Shown here: positions 37,161 through 47,475 of the stretch, piece after piece
Numbering within the stretch: position 1 is the stretch's first letter
How the letters are laid out: each line of letters opens with the position of its first letter
NCBI GenBank assembly: GCA_032249135.1
Contig: JAVVGL010000011.1
Coordinates: 1-63,195 of the forward strand
Origin: Candidatus Calescibacterium sp.
GTDB taxonomy: Bacteria > Calescibacteriota > Calescibacteriia > Calescibacteriales > Calescibacteriaceae
Direction of reading: 5' to 3'
DNA length: 63,195 bases
Position numbers and translations under genes: made by a program
The notes under the pieces: model-generated
What the model saw: only the letters and a program-made list of their open reading frames with translations
Told to the model about the DNA's origin: nothing
The model's database searches: none

Positions 37161-39545
37161 TTGCTTATGGATCATCTGAAAAATCTCAAAGGCGGTAGAG
37201 TTTGGTTATTCGGCGGATTTATTTTGGGTTTTTGTTTGTTGCTACCATATTTTTCTTGGGCTGACTGGGAAATATTCGGACCAACTCGTGTGAATGCTAC
37301 TGTTGGGAATGGCTCTCTATCTTGTGGAATTTCAAGATGGGGAGAAATTACTGTTTTGAGATACCCTCATACATCTCACTGGGATCAACTTGATTATAAA
37401 ACAAAGGAGGGAGAAAAAAGTAGAGAAGAAAAATATTTCGGAGCTCTTGAAAATCAAGGTGCTTTTTTTCTCTTGAAGATAGGAAATAATATTTTTTCTC
37501 TCCGGGATCTTGACCTTGCAAATATAAGTCAAAGATATAAAGATGATGATTCAGCTATACTTATCACTGAATACAAAATCCAGCAAGGAACTATAAAAGT
37601 TTACGATTTTGTTCATCCTGTCTCGGATATATTTGTTCGCAAGGTTGAATTAGATTTGCAAACGAATGAGGATGTTTATATCATTCACTATCAGAATCTT
37701 GCTCCGACTACTATAAAAGTTCCAAAATATCCAATTCAGGATTGGCAAGATGACACTTTGAACGATTTTGGTGGCTTTGAGAAAAATAGAGCTGTATTCC
37801 ATTTTACACCTTTCTTTTTATCGCGAGATGAACAATTTCAGGAGTATAAAAAAATAAAAGGGAAAAACTATGAGGAAATTTTAAATTATGCATCTGAGAT
37901 AACTTACGGTATTTTCATCGGTGTAAAATTTGTCGGAGGATATGAAGTATCAGCTTATACAGGCTTTGATGGAAGATGTGGAGGTAATAGAGATTTACCT
38001 GATTTTTTATCAGAAAGTGCATTTGAGAAACTAAAAAAAGGTGATTTATCTTATAAAGAGAAAACTTTTGCTTTATGTTCTGCTGACTCTTTTGTAGCCT
38101 CAAAAGTTTGCCAAAGCGGTAAATGCGAATCTCCCGTATTTGTTGTTATATCTGCTGGAAGAAATTTATCAGATGTTGAAAGAAATCTTTCTCTGTCTCA
38201 AAAAGATATTTTGTCTCTTGAAGCGGAAACAGAAAATCACTGGAAAAACATAGTGAAAAGAATGAAGGAGAACAGATGGTATTCTAAATTGACTTACCCC
38301 GAATCTCGGCTTTGTAGTAGAGCTCTTATTTCTCTTTTTCAGGTAATAGATAAGGAGACGAAAGCTGCGGTTGCTTCCATATCAACTCAGCCTCCGTATG
38401 CAGAAGATTGGCCAAGAGACGGAGCTTATTTTAATTTGTTTTTAGACCTTGTAGGGGTTCACGACATAGCAAGAGAGAGAAATCTATTTTATGTTAAAGT
38501 TCAGAGGAAAGAGCCGGAGGGAAATATACCAGCTGGAACATGGGCGATGAACTTTTATGCAGATGGAATGGTGGGGGGTCCGTGGGATTTTGAAATAGAT
38601 CAGGTGGGGTTCGTTCTTTGGAGCTGGATAAATCACATAAAGTTTGAACAAGGTGAAAATAAAAGAGAGTATATGAAGAAAATATATGAGCCAATAAAAC
38701 TCTCTGCCTATGAGGTTCTTATCGGTTGTAAAGATCAGAACAATAATCTTCACTGCATAACACAAGAAGATGACCATATAGATCCGAGCCAAACTATGGG
38801 AGGAGCAGGACCTCTATACGCTGCTATGAGAATGGTGATAGATTTTGCGGGACTTTACGGGGACTATAAGCTTATGGAAGATATGAAAAAAAGATTTTCA
38901 GAATACCATGATGCCATTTTGAAAAATTTTTCACAAGATGGATTTTTTAATTTCTCGGTAACAATAATAGATGGAATACCATATGATCAGGACCCAAGAA
39001 TAAAGGGAATGAACTATGTTCTTTTCCCCGCTGGATTTAGATTTTCCAATCCTGAGCAAATAAAACATTATGCAGAAAGAGTTATTGCTGTTCTCAACCT
39101 TAATTTTTCCCCTGAAAGAGGATATCTTCTCTATGAAGGTAAGTGGATTTTATCTCTTATATACGCTGCTGAACTTCTGAAAAATTTCAGCTATTCTGAT
39201 TATCAAAGGTTAAGGGAACAAGCTGAAAAATTTTTAAAAATTTTAGTTGAAGAAGTTCCAACAGATGGGACATATCATATGGGAGAGGTGGCAGTTTATA
39301 AAAACGGAAAGTATGAAAATAGAATCGCTATACCTCATGTATGGGAAGCTACTTTGACATGTATGACTGCTATCGCATTGAGGGAGCCTGATGTTCTCAA
39401 AGATATGGGAATGGAAATTTACACTGAAAGAGAAGAGAAAATTTCAGGGGGATGTAGTTGTAGTTCGTATGATGTTGGATTAAGTCTCTTGTTAGTTTTA
39501 CTTTATTATTATATTATCTTTCTTATTGCTCGCATAAGGAAGTAA
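37161..39545 (+). CDS. Exported GH15-like (alpha/alpha)6 glycoside hydrolase with GGCSC-TM-basic C-terminal sorting signal
   Basis: Signal peptide, ATVGNG, YAEDWPRDG, EIDQVG, PHVW; C-terminus GGCSCSS + TM helix + RIRK. Confidence 0.7.
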   Translation: MLMDHLKNLKGGRVWLFGGFILGFCLLLPYFSWADWEIFGPTRVNATVGNGSLSCGISRWGEITVLRYPHTSHWDQLDYKTKEGEKSREEKYFGALENQGAFFLLKIGNNIFSLRDLDLANISQRYKDDDSAILITEYKIQQGTIKVYDFVHPVSDIFVRKVELDLQTNEDVYIIHYQNLAPTTIKVPKYPIQDWQDDTLNDFGGFEKNRAVFHFTPFFLSRDEQFQEYKKIKGKNYEEILNYASEITYGIFIGVKFVGGYEVSAYTGFDGRCGGNRDLPDFLSESAFEKLKKGDLSYKEKTFALCSADSFVASKVCQSGKCESPVFVVISAGRNLSDVERNLSLSQKDILSLEAETENHWKNIVKRMKENRWYSKLTYPESRLCSRALISLFQVIDKETKAAVASISTQPPYAEDWPRDGAYFNLFLDLVGVHDIARERNLFYVKVQRKEPEGNIPAGTWAMNFYADGMVGGPWDFEIDQVGFVLWSWINHIKFEQGENKREYMKKIYEPIKLSAYEVLIGCKDQNNNLHCITQEDDHIDPSQTMGGAGPLYAAMRMVIDFAGLYGDYKLMEDMKKRFSEYHDAILKNFSQDGFFNFSVTIIDGIPYDQDPRIKGMNYVLFPAGFRFSNPEQIKHYAERVIAVLNLNFSPERGYLLYEGKWILSLIYAAELLKNFSYSDYQRLREQAEKFLKILVEEVPTDGTYHMGEVAVYKNGKYENRIAIPHVWEATLTCMTAIALREPDVLKDMGMEIYTEREEKISGGCSCSSYDVGLSLLLVLLYYYIIFLIARIRK

Positions 39546-39566
39546 TGAACAAAATAGGATTGAAGT

Positions 39567-42080
39567 ATGATTGAAGTCAAAGAAAAAGAAAGAGAGAAAA
39601 AACTTACCCCGGCAATGAAACAATATCTTGAGATAAAATCTGAATATCCTGACTGCATTTTACTTTTCAGAATGGGAGATTTTTACGAGCTTTTTTATGA
39701 AGATGCAATAATAGCTTCAAAGGTCCTTGACATAGTCTTGACTTCAAGAGATAAAGAAACACCTATGGCGGGATTTCCTCATCATGCAATGGAATCTTAT
39801 GTTATGCGCCTTATAAAAGAAGGTTTCAAGGTAGCAATATGCGAACAACTTGAGGACCCATCAAAAGCAAAAGGAATCGTAAAAAGAGGAGTAGTAAGAG
39901 TCATAACTCCTGGACTTGTCACAGAATTAAGTTTTGTTTCACCTGAGGAAAATAATTTCATCGCAGTAGTGAAAGGAAGCTCTGTTGTTTGGGCTGATAT
40001 AACAACAGGAGAAGTAAAAGCAAAAATTTTTCAAGATGAATTTGAATTATCAGAAGCTCTAAAAAAAATCTCTCCAAAAGAGGTGCTCAGCGACAAAAAC
40101 TATTTCCCAGAATATAAATTCTCACAAGTTGAATTTGTAAGTTCTAATGAAGCTGAGATAATTCTCAAAGAACACTATGGAGAATCTGATTTCATATCAT
40201 CAGAAAACATAAAGATTTCCCTTGCAACTTTGATAAAATATATAAAGGAAAACATAAAGGACATTGAAATAAAACTTGAAAAACCTGATATTGAGCAAGA
40301 AGAAGATCTCATGCAAATTGATTCAAGGACTCTGGAAAATATTGAAGTTTTCAAAACATACGAAGGAAAAAAAGGAAGCTTAATATGGGTTCTTGACAAG
40401 ACACGAACTCCTATGGGGAAAAGAAAACTAAAAAACATCCTTCTTTCTCCACTCAAAGATAAAGAGAAAATAAACGAAAGACTTTCAGCAGTAGAAGAAC
40501 TAATCTCAGATAAAACTTGGGAAAGTCTTGATATTTCTGGAATATCAGATGTTGAAAGATTAACAGTAAGGGTTATGAGAAAAATTGCTAATCCAAAAGA
40601 AATCATATCTTTGAAAGAATCAGCAAAGAAAATAAATGAGATAAAAAGTTATCTGAAAAAATTTTCATCAAAAATTTTGAAAAAAATTGAAAGCGAAATT
40701 CCAGATCTTCACGAATTTATTCAAATAGTAGAGAAATATATTGTAGAGCCTCCGCCTCTCAAAGCACAAGATGGAGCAATAAAAAAAGGAGTATCAGAAG
40801 AACTTGATAGAATAAGAGAAATAAAAGAAAATTCAGAAAAGATACTAAAAGAATATGAAGAAAAAGAAAAATCAAGAGCAGGCATCCCTTTGAAAATAGG
40901 CTACAACCAAGTTTTTGGGTACTATATTGAAGTAACAAAAACTTATGCAAACCGAGTTCCTGAATACTTCAAAAGGAAACAGACACTTGCAAATGTAGAG
41001 AGATTTACAACAGATGAATTAGAAAAAATAGGTTTAGAGATTGAAACAGCATCAGAAAAAGAAAAAAAACTTAATGAAGAGATATTTTCTGAATTTCTTG
41101 AGAAAATTCAAATTTTTACGCACGATTTGCTGAAATCAGCAAGAAGCATAGGTTTTTTAGATGTTCTAATCGCTCTCGCTCAAACAGCATATGAATACGA
41201 TTGGATAAAACCTCAAATAGAAGATTCAAAAATCCTATACATAAAAGATGGTAGGCATCCTTCCCTTTCAATTTTACTCAAAGATGAAAAATTCATTCCA
41301 AACTCTGTTGATCTCAATGAAGATGAATTCATGTGGATAATAACCGGACCGAACATGGCTGGAAAATCTGTATTTTTGAAGCAGTGTGCTTTGATCTCAC
41401 TTCTTGCACACATAGGTTCTTATGTTCCGGCAAAAGAAGCGAAAATAGGAATAATGGATAGAATCTTTTTCAGAACGGGAGCATCAGATGACATAGCAAG
41501 AGGTAGAAGTACATTTTTTGTTGAAATGGAGGAACTTGCCTCAATTTTAAAAAACATGACGGAAAAATCTTTTGTTCTTTTAGATGAGGTTGGGAGAGGA
41601 ACATCTACTTTTGATGGAGTAAGTATAGCGTGGGCTACTGCAGAATACATAAACAAAAGAAAAGTAAGATGCCTTTTCGCAACCCATTTTCACGAACTCT
41701 CTTTCCTTGAACACAATCTCAAAGGAATAAGAAATATGCACTTTTCAGCAGAAAGAATTGGAGGAAATCTGGTCTTTATAAGGAAAATAAAAAGGGGAGC
41801 AGCTGGTAGATCATGGGGTATAGATGTTGCTAAACTTGCAGGAATACCGCAGGAAATAATTGAAAAAGCAGAAAAAATTCTTTTAGCTCTGGAAGAAGGT
41901 AGAATTGGAGATGTGATAAAAAAAGTATCAGGTATGCCTTTGCAATTGAGCATTTTCTCCGCATCTCAACTAAAAAAAGATCCATTAAGAGAAGAGCTTA
42001 AAAGAATAGACATAAATTCAATAACTCCCATTGAAGCTCTATCAATTCTCTCGGAACTCAAAAAAATGGCAGAAAACTAA
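39567..42080 (+). CDS. mutS: DNA mismatch repair protein MutS
   Basis: TPAMKQY, FRMGDFYELF, TGPNMAGKS, STFFVEM, DEVGRGTST, ATHFHEL. Confidence 0.97.
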   Translation: MIEVKEKEREKKLTPAMKQYLEIKSEYPDCILLFRMGDFYELFYEDAIIASKVLDIVLTSRDKETPMAGFPHHAMESYVMRLIKEGFKVAICEQLEDPSKAKGIVKRGVVRVITPGLVTELSFVSPEENNFIAVVKGSSVVWADITTGEVKAKIFQDEFELSEALKKISPKEVLSDKNYFPEYKFSQVEFVSSNEAEIILKEHYGESDFISSENIKISLATLIKYIKENIKDIEIKLEKPDIEQEEDLMQIDSRTLENIEVFKTYEGKKGSLIWVLDKTRTPMGKRKLKNILLSPLKDKEKINERLSAVEELISDKTWESLDISGISDVERLTVRVMRKIANPKEIISLKESAKKINEIKSYLKKFSSKILKKIESEIPDLHEFIQIVEKYIVEPPPLKAQDGAIKKGVSEELDRIREIKENSEKILKEYEEKEKSRAGIPLKIGYNQVFGYYIEVTKTYANRVPEYFKRKQTLANVERFTTDELEKIGLEIETASEKEKKLNEEIFSEFLEKIQIFTHDLLKSARSIGFLDVLIALAQTAYEYDWIKPQIEDSKILYIKDGRHPSLSILLKDEKFIPNSVDLNEDEFMWIITGPNMAGKSVFLKQCALISLLAHIGSYVPAKEAKIGIMDRIFFRTGASDDIARGRSTFFVEMEELASILKNMTEKSFVLLDEVGRGTSTFDGVSIAWATAEYINKRKVRCLFATHFHELSFLEHNLKGIRNMHFSAERIGGNLVFIRKIKRGAAGRSWGIDVAKLAGIPQEIIEKAEKILLALEEGRIGDVIKKVSGMPLQLSIFSASQLKKDPLREELKRIDINSITPIEALSILSELKKMAEN

Positions 42081-42091
42081 TTTTAAAATAT

Positions 42092-42484
42092 ATGGAAGAT
42101 ATAAGTTTTTTGGGTGGTTTATTTGATGTTGAGATAAAAGCAGAGCCTATGCCAATACAAATAGATATAAGAAAAACTCTCTTTTATAAATGGGGAAAAC
42201 AAGAGGGTTTGAGGGAAGGAGAAAAAAGGGGAATTGTAAAGGGGCTTGAAAAAGGAGAAAAAAGAGGACTTATAAAAGGTCTAAAAAAAGCAATTCTGTT
42301 GGACATCCAGTTGAAGTTTGGTAGCCAAAAAGCAGAGCAGATTAAAAGCCTTTTAGATAAAATAAATGATATAAACCGCTTGGAAAAAATAAAAAAAGAA
42401 GTAATAAAAGCAGAAAATTGGCAAGATTTTATTAAAGTATTCAAAAACAAAAATTCAAAAAACAAAAACTCAAAGGCAAAATAA
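42092..42484 (+). CDS. Stand-alone C-terminal module of an Rpn/PD-(D/E)XK-transposase-like protein (DUF4351-like)
   Basis: G-xx-[EK]G repeats (GKQEGLREGEKRGIVKGLEKGEKRGLIKG), then L..KFG, I.DI..LE.I and a WQDF helix; no nuclease domain. Confidence 0.65.
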   Translation: MEDISFLGGLFDVEIKAEPMPIQIDIRKTLFYKWGKQEGLREGEKRGIVKGLEKGEKRGLIKGLKKAILLDIQLKFGSQKAEQIKSLLDKINDINRLEKIKKEVIKAENWQDFIKVFKNKNSKNKNSKAK

Positions 42485-42526
42485 CAAAAATGAAAGAATA
42501 GTATTTATTATTCATTCGTCTTTTGA

Positions 42527-43855
42527 ATGTCAAAAAATCAAACGATGAAAATATCAAAAGAGAAATTTGAAAAAAATATATCTGAAATTTTAAGAAGACA
42601 CTTATGTCTTAACATAAAAAAGACTGCAGATATAGTTGTAGCAATTCCAACTCTTGCAGATGAAGAGATTTTTACTACTCTGGAATCTTTATCAAAATGC
42701 AAATTACCAAACTCAAAAAGGGTTCTCGCTATTGTACTTATAAACGAGTCAGAGAAAGCAGAAGAGAAAATAAGAACAAAAAACAAAGAAATATTTGACA
42801 AAATAAAGAGCACAAATTTTGAGATAGAAACCGAGGTAAGGTATATAAAAGGAATACCAGAAAAATTAGCAGGAGTAGGCTTTGCAAGAAGAGTTCTTAT
42901 GGATGAAGCAATTTGCCTGTTCAAAAAAGAATATGATGAAAAATTTAAAGAGAGGGGAAATATAGCAGAATTTATGTCAGAAAAATTCATTTTTTCTCTT
43001 GATTCTGATTGCACGGTATCAGAAAATTACTTTTCTGCTGTTGAAATTTTAGAAATCAAAAATGCAGATTTCGGTGTGCTTTCATTTGCCCATAGATTTT
43101 CGGAAGAGAAAGAAATAAAAAAAGCAGGAATTTTGTGGGAAATCTTTCTAAGATATTGGAGAGATTCTTTAAGAGTATTCTCTTATAAAAACGCATTCTA
43201 TCCAATAGGATCTTTGTTTCTGTTCAGAGCAACTCCTTACATAGTTTCTATGGGAATGAACATAAGACAGGCAGGAGAAGATTTCTATTTCCTTCAGAAA
43301 ATAATACCACTGGCAAAAATCGTTGATATCCCCGTATATGTTTTTCCGAAAGCAGAACCATCCCAACGCACACCTTTTGGAACTGGCAGAGAAATTCAAC
43401 TTTATATATCTGGAGAAAAAGAAAGACTTGAAAAGGTTTGGAACTTCAAATCTTTTGAACAAATAGGTGAAATAATGAGGAGTATAGATGATATATTTTC
43501 TGGTGAAATAAAAGTTGAGACTTTTAAACTTTTTCTTGATGAAAACCCAAAATACAAAGAGCAACTTGAAAGAATAAAAATCCAGTCAAAAACTAAGGAA
43601 GATTTCAGGAAGAAATTTGAAGAATGGTTTAATCCATTCAAGGTTTTCAAATTTCTCCGATTTACAGAAAAAATATTTCCAAAATCTCCAATATATCAAG
43701 AAGTTCATAAACTTACTGATAAGATAAAAAGAGATTTTAAATTTGAATTTGAAAAATCAGGTTTAACACAAATTAGTGCAGATGAACTTTCACTTTTTGA
43801 AATTCAACTTGAATTTTTGAGAAGTTTTGATGAATTTCTATTTCATCTCATTTGA
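42527..43855 (+). CDS. GT-A fold glycosyltransferase-like protein
   Basis: VVAIP, GVGFARR, LDSDC (DxD), AGEDFYFLQK, SQRTPFGTG. Confidence 0.75.
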   Translation: MSKNQTMKISKEKFEKNISEILRRHLCLNIKKTADIVVAIPTLADEEIFTTLESLSKCKLPNSKRVLAIVLINESEKAEEKIRTKNKEIFDKIKSTNFEIETEVRYIKGIPEKLAGVGFARRVLMDEAICLFKKEYDEKFKERGNIAEFMSEKFIFSLDSDCTVSENYFSAVEILEIKNADFGVLSFAHRFSEEKEIKKAGILWEIFLRYWRDSLRVFSYKNAFYPIGSLFLFRATPYIVSMGMNIRQAGEDFYFLQKIIPLAKIVDIPVYVFPKAEPSQRTPFGTGREIQLYISGEKERLEKVWNFKSFEQIGEIMRSIDDIFSGEIKVETFKLFLDENPKYKEQLERIKIQSKTKEDFRKKFEEWFNPFKVFKFLRFTEKIFPKSPIYQEVHKLTDKIKRDFKFEFEKSGLTQISADELSLFEIQLEFLRSFDEFLFHLI

Positions 43856-45280
43856 TTTTCTGATTTTCTCTGGGTTTATGTTGTATTTTTTGAGTAATCG
43901 GTAGAAAGTTGATTTTGATATTCCTAAAAACTTCTGGGCTTCCTTTACATTTCCATCAAACTTCTCTATAACTTCCTCCAAATACTTTCTCTTTATTTCA
44001 TCTATTTTCAATATTTCTTCCCTTTTATCTTCAACGATGTATGGGTAATTTGAATTCTCTATTATATTTTCTGGAATATCTTTTTTAGTTATTATGCGGT
44101 TTTGGGAAAATATAACAATTTTTTTGATTACATTTTGTAGTTCTCTGACATTTCCCGGCCAGGAATACTTTTCAAAGATTTTCATCGCTTCCTCGTCAAA
44201 ACCTTCTATTTCTTTTCCGAGCTCTGATGAATACTTTTTCAGAAAATAGTTTGCAAGAGCCGGAATGTCTTCTTTTCTTTCTCTCAGGGGAGGTATGTGT
44301 ATGTGGACTTGATTTATACGCCAGAATAAGTCTTCCCTGAATTTTCCTTCTTTCACTTCATTTTCTATATCTTTGTTTGTAGCGGCGATTACTCTGACAT
44401 CTAATTTTATTTCTTTTGTGCTTCCAAGTCTTCTTATTGTTTTTTCTTGAAGGAACCTCAAAAGTTTAGCTTGCGATTGAGGAGGCATATCGCATATTTC
44501 ATCTAAAAATAAAGTTCCTCCGTCTGCACATTCTATTAGACCTTTTTTCGTCTGATTTGCTCCCGTGAACGCTCCTTTTTCGTATCCAAAAAGTTCTGCT
44601 TCTATAAGATTTTCCGGTATTGCTGCTGAGTTCACAGCAACAAATTCTTTTCCTGCCCTTGGGGAAAGTTTATGAATTGTTCTTGCTATAAGTTCTTTTC
44701 CAACTCCGCTTTCTCCTGTTATTAGAACCTCACAATCTACTGGTGCTATTTTTTGTACTGTTTCCATTATTTTTTTCATCCTCTCGCTCGCAAATATTAT
44801 TTCTCCGAGGTCGTTAGAGTTTGAGTTGTTGATTAATCTAACTTCTTCTTTTTCCCTCATTTTTATTTTTCTTATAGCTTGTGAGATTGAGTTGATGAGC
44901 TGTTCTGGTGTGAAGGGTTTTATAAGGTAATCGTGGCTTTCAAGTCGCAAAGCATATATTGCCGTTTCCAAAGATGGATATGCTGTCATTATTATTGTCA
45001 AAGTTTTTGGAGAGACGCTCTTTATTTTTTTTGCTATCTCAATTCCTTCATCGCCTTTTTCACCTAATTTCAGGTCAATAATTGCTATGTCAAATTGAGA
45101 TTTTTTTATTGCATCATAAGCTTCTACTTCGCTTTTTGCTTTTTTTATTTCAAAACTAAAATTTGATGTTAGGAGTATATCCTCCATTAGATCTAAAATT
45201 TTATCATCATCGTCTACCACAAGAATTTTGTATTTTGACTCCATTGGTTTTTTGTTTTTGTCGGTTATTGATATCATCAT
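43838..45280 (-). CDS. Sigma-54-dependent response regulator (NtrC family)
   Basis: Receiver domain (VVDDD, IIDLKL, KPF), GESGVGKE, GAFTGA, LFLDEI, WPGNVRELQN, Fis-type HTH. Confidence 0.95.
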   Translation of the reverse strand: MMISITDKNKKPMESKYKILVVDDDDKILDLMEDILLTSNFSFEIKKAKSEVEAYDAIKKSQFDIAIIDLKLGEKGDEGIEIAKKIKSVSPKTLTIIMTAYPSLETAIYALRLESHDYLIKPFTPEQLINSISQAIRKIKMREKEEVRLINNSNSNDLGEIIFASERMKKIMETVQKIAPVDCEVLITGESGVGKELIARTIHKLSPRAGKEFVAVNSAAIPENLIEAELFGYEKGAFTGANQTKKGLIECADGGTLFLDEICDMPPQSQAKLLRFLQEKTIRRLGSTKEIKLDVRVIAATNKDIENEVKEGKFREDLFWRINQVHIHIPPLRERKEDIPALANYFLKKYSSELGKEIEGFDEEAMKIFEKYSWPGNVRELQNVIKKIVIFSQNRIITKKDIPENIIENSNYPYIVEDKREEILKIDEIKRKYLEEVIEKFDGNVKEAQKFLGISKSTFYRLLKKYNINPEKIRKSNEMK

Positions 45281-45328
45281 ATTATTTTTTGTCTTATGTA
45301 AAATTTTTCTTGATTTTCTGACAAACTA

Positions 45329-46663
45329 CTAATTCTCTTCTTTTTGTGCTGGTAGTATTACAAAAAATCTTGTTCCTTTTCCTTCTTCTGATTCAAAGTA
45401 TATTTCTCCTCCGTATTTTTTTACTATTCTTTTTGAGCTTGAAAGCCCAATTCCTGTTCCACTTTTTTTCGTTGTGAAAAATGGAGTGAAAATTTTGTCT
45501 TTGAGGTTTTCTGGAATTCCCGAACCTGTGTCTTGAACTTCACATACCACAAAATCATCTTTTTTATATGTCCTTATTCTCAGTATCTTTTCTTTTGAAT
45601 TCTGCATAGCATCTATTGCGTTTGTTATAAGGTTCATAATTACTTGTTCTATCTCATCTGGATTACCTTTTACTTTTGGGACATCTGATGTTTCTTTCAG
45701 AACTTTTACATTTTCTTTTTCTGCTATGAATGCTGTAAGTTTTAGTATTCTTTCAACTATATCATTTATGTTGAATTTTTCTTCTTTTCTTTCTTCATAT
45801 CTTGCAATGTCTGAAAATTTGCGTGTGTTATTTATTATTTTTTCGGATTCTTCTTTCACGCTTTCTATATCTTTCTTTATTTTCTCCATATCTTCTGGTT
45901 TCATTTGGCTGTTTTGAATTTTTTTGAGTTTTTCATAAAGAAGCGAGATTTTACCGAATACCACAGTCAAAGGGGTACTTATGTTGTGTATGATTTGAGC
46001 TGAAATTTCTCCCACTGTTGCAAGGCGGGAATATCTCAGAACTTCAAGATATAATTCTTTTTCTGTTTTTATTTTCTCTTTTAGAACTTGTGTAAGAAAA
46101 GATGTAAAGTAGGATGATATAAAAAGTAAAACTCCAACTGCTAAAATGAAACCCAATACGAATTCTAATTTAGTGAAGATTTTGGTTCCAAAAAGCTCAA
46201 AATATGGAATTATTCCAAAATATATCATAAAGCTTACAAAAGATGAGATAGCCCATATTATAGCCGAGATAAAAAGAGATGTTTTCTTGTCAAAAATCAT
46301 TCCTGATATTATTGCGTGAAAAACATATATTACGAAGAAGGGATTTTCCGCCCATCCGGAAAAGTAAAGAAGTAAAGTTACGAAAAGAATATCGCAGAAC
46401 ATCTGTATTACAAGATGTTTTGAGTGGCTTATTCTACCTGCAACTTTTGAAAAAATGAAATTTGATATTCCAACCCCTGCTGAAATCACCAAAAGATACA
46501 AAAATTGTTTCTCTGATAAAATCTGAAAAACAAAGTAGCTGACAATTAGAATAACTGTTGTTGTAAAAAATGCAATATATCGCAAATATATGAACCATCT
46601 TACAAATCCTTCTTTTTCTTCAAATGATTTCAAATCTGGGAAGAATTTTTCAATCTTTTTCAT
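45329..46663 (-). CDS. Membrane sensor histidine kinase
   Basis: Multi-TM N-terminus, H-box IHNISTPL, NLITNAIDA, DTGSGI, FFTTK..GTGIGL. Confidence 0.93.
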   Translation of the reverse strand: MKKIEKFFPDLKSFEEKEGFVRWFIYLRYIAFFTTTVILIVSYFVFQILSEKQFLYLLVISAGVGISNFIFSKVAGRISHSKHLVIQMFCDILFVTLLLYFSGWAENPFFVIYVFHAIISGMIFDKKTSLFISAIIWAISSFVSFMIYFGIIPYFELFGTKIFTKLEFVLGFILAVGVLLFISSYFTSFLTQVLKEKIKTEKELYLEVLRYSRLATVGEISAQIIHNISTPLTVVFGKISLLYEKLKKIQNSQMKPEDMEKIKKDIESVKEESEKIINNTRKFSDIARYEERKEEKFNINDIVERILKLTAFIAEKENVKVLKETSDVPKVKGNPDEIEQVIMNLITNAIDAMQNSKEKILRIRTYKKDDFVVCEVQDTGSGIPENLKDKIFTPFFTTKKSGTGIGLSSSKRIVKKYGGEIYFESEEGKGTRFFVILPAQKEEN

Positions 46664-46667
46664 TCTT

Positions 46668-47384
46668 TTAAAATTTATAACCTCCTCCTAATTTTAAGAG
46701 AAAAAAGTCTTCTGTTGTTCCACTGATTTAAGCAAATAAAGAAAATTTTTCAAAATGCAAGTTAGCTCCTAATCTTGGAATAAAGTTTTCAAGTCCTAAA
46801 TATAAAGTCAGTTTTTCCGGATTTCCAAAACCTAACATCAAATCTGCATATCCTGTTGGTAATGGTTCTATATCTTTTGGGCTGTAAAGAATTCCTACAC
46901 CTGGGGCAAGTTTGATCGCAAAATTAAAATTTCCCCCTGATCCTCCGATTTTCAAATAACCTAAACCAGTTAGATTCCCTATTATATTCCTTTCTTCTGA
47001 TTCTGATATAATTTGTCCAATTCCTCCTCCAAACTGACCTCCTGCTTCAAAATTTTTTGAAAATCCATAACCTATTTGATATGAACCTGCTAATCCAATT
47101 GAGGTGAATTTTACGCTTGTCCCACCGCATGATGTTATTACTGGTATTCTTCCTCCTCCAACTTCAAAAGCTCCTGAGATTCTTTGATTTGTAGATTTGG
47201 GGTTTATTTGTGCTGTATCGTTATTTATAAGCGGAGCAAAGCAAGATGGAAAGATAAAAAGGTTCCCTTTAATGCTTAAAACCAAAAAATATAAAAAGAC
47301 TTTATTTCTCGTAAATTTTTTTCTCATACAAGAATTTTGGGAGATAATTTTTTTTAACTTTTGAAAAATTTCCAAAGTTTTCAT
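46668..47384 (-). pseudogene. Outer-membrane beta-barrel/lipoprotein gene interrupted by an in-frame TAA at 46728-46730
   Basis: The frame continues past the TAA as ISGTTEDFFLLKLGGGYKF-stop (46668). This is a typical OMP beta-signal and ends 4 bp before the kinase ATG. The likely start is the ATG at 47327. Confidence 0.7.
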
Positions 47385-47475
47385 TTTTGCTATTTAAAAT
47401 TCATACTTTTTGACAAATTTATTTTTTTTGTTGCTTTTTTAAAAATACAAAGAATAAGGGGGTGGATTTGAGTAG

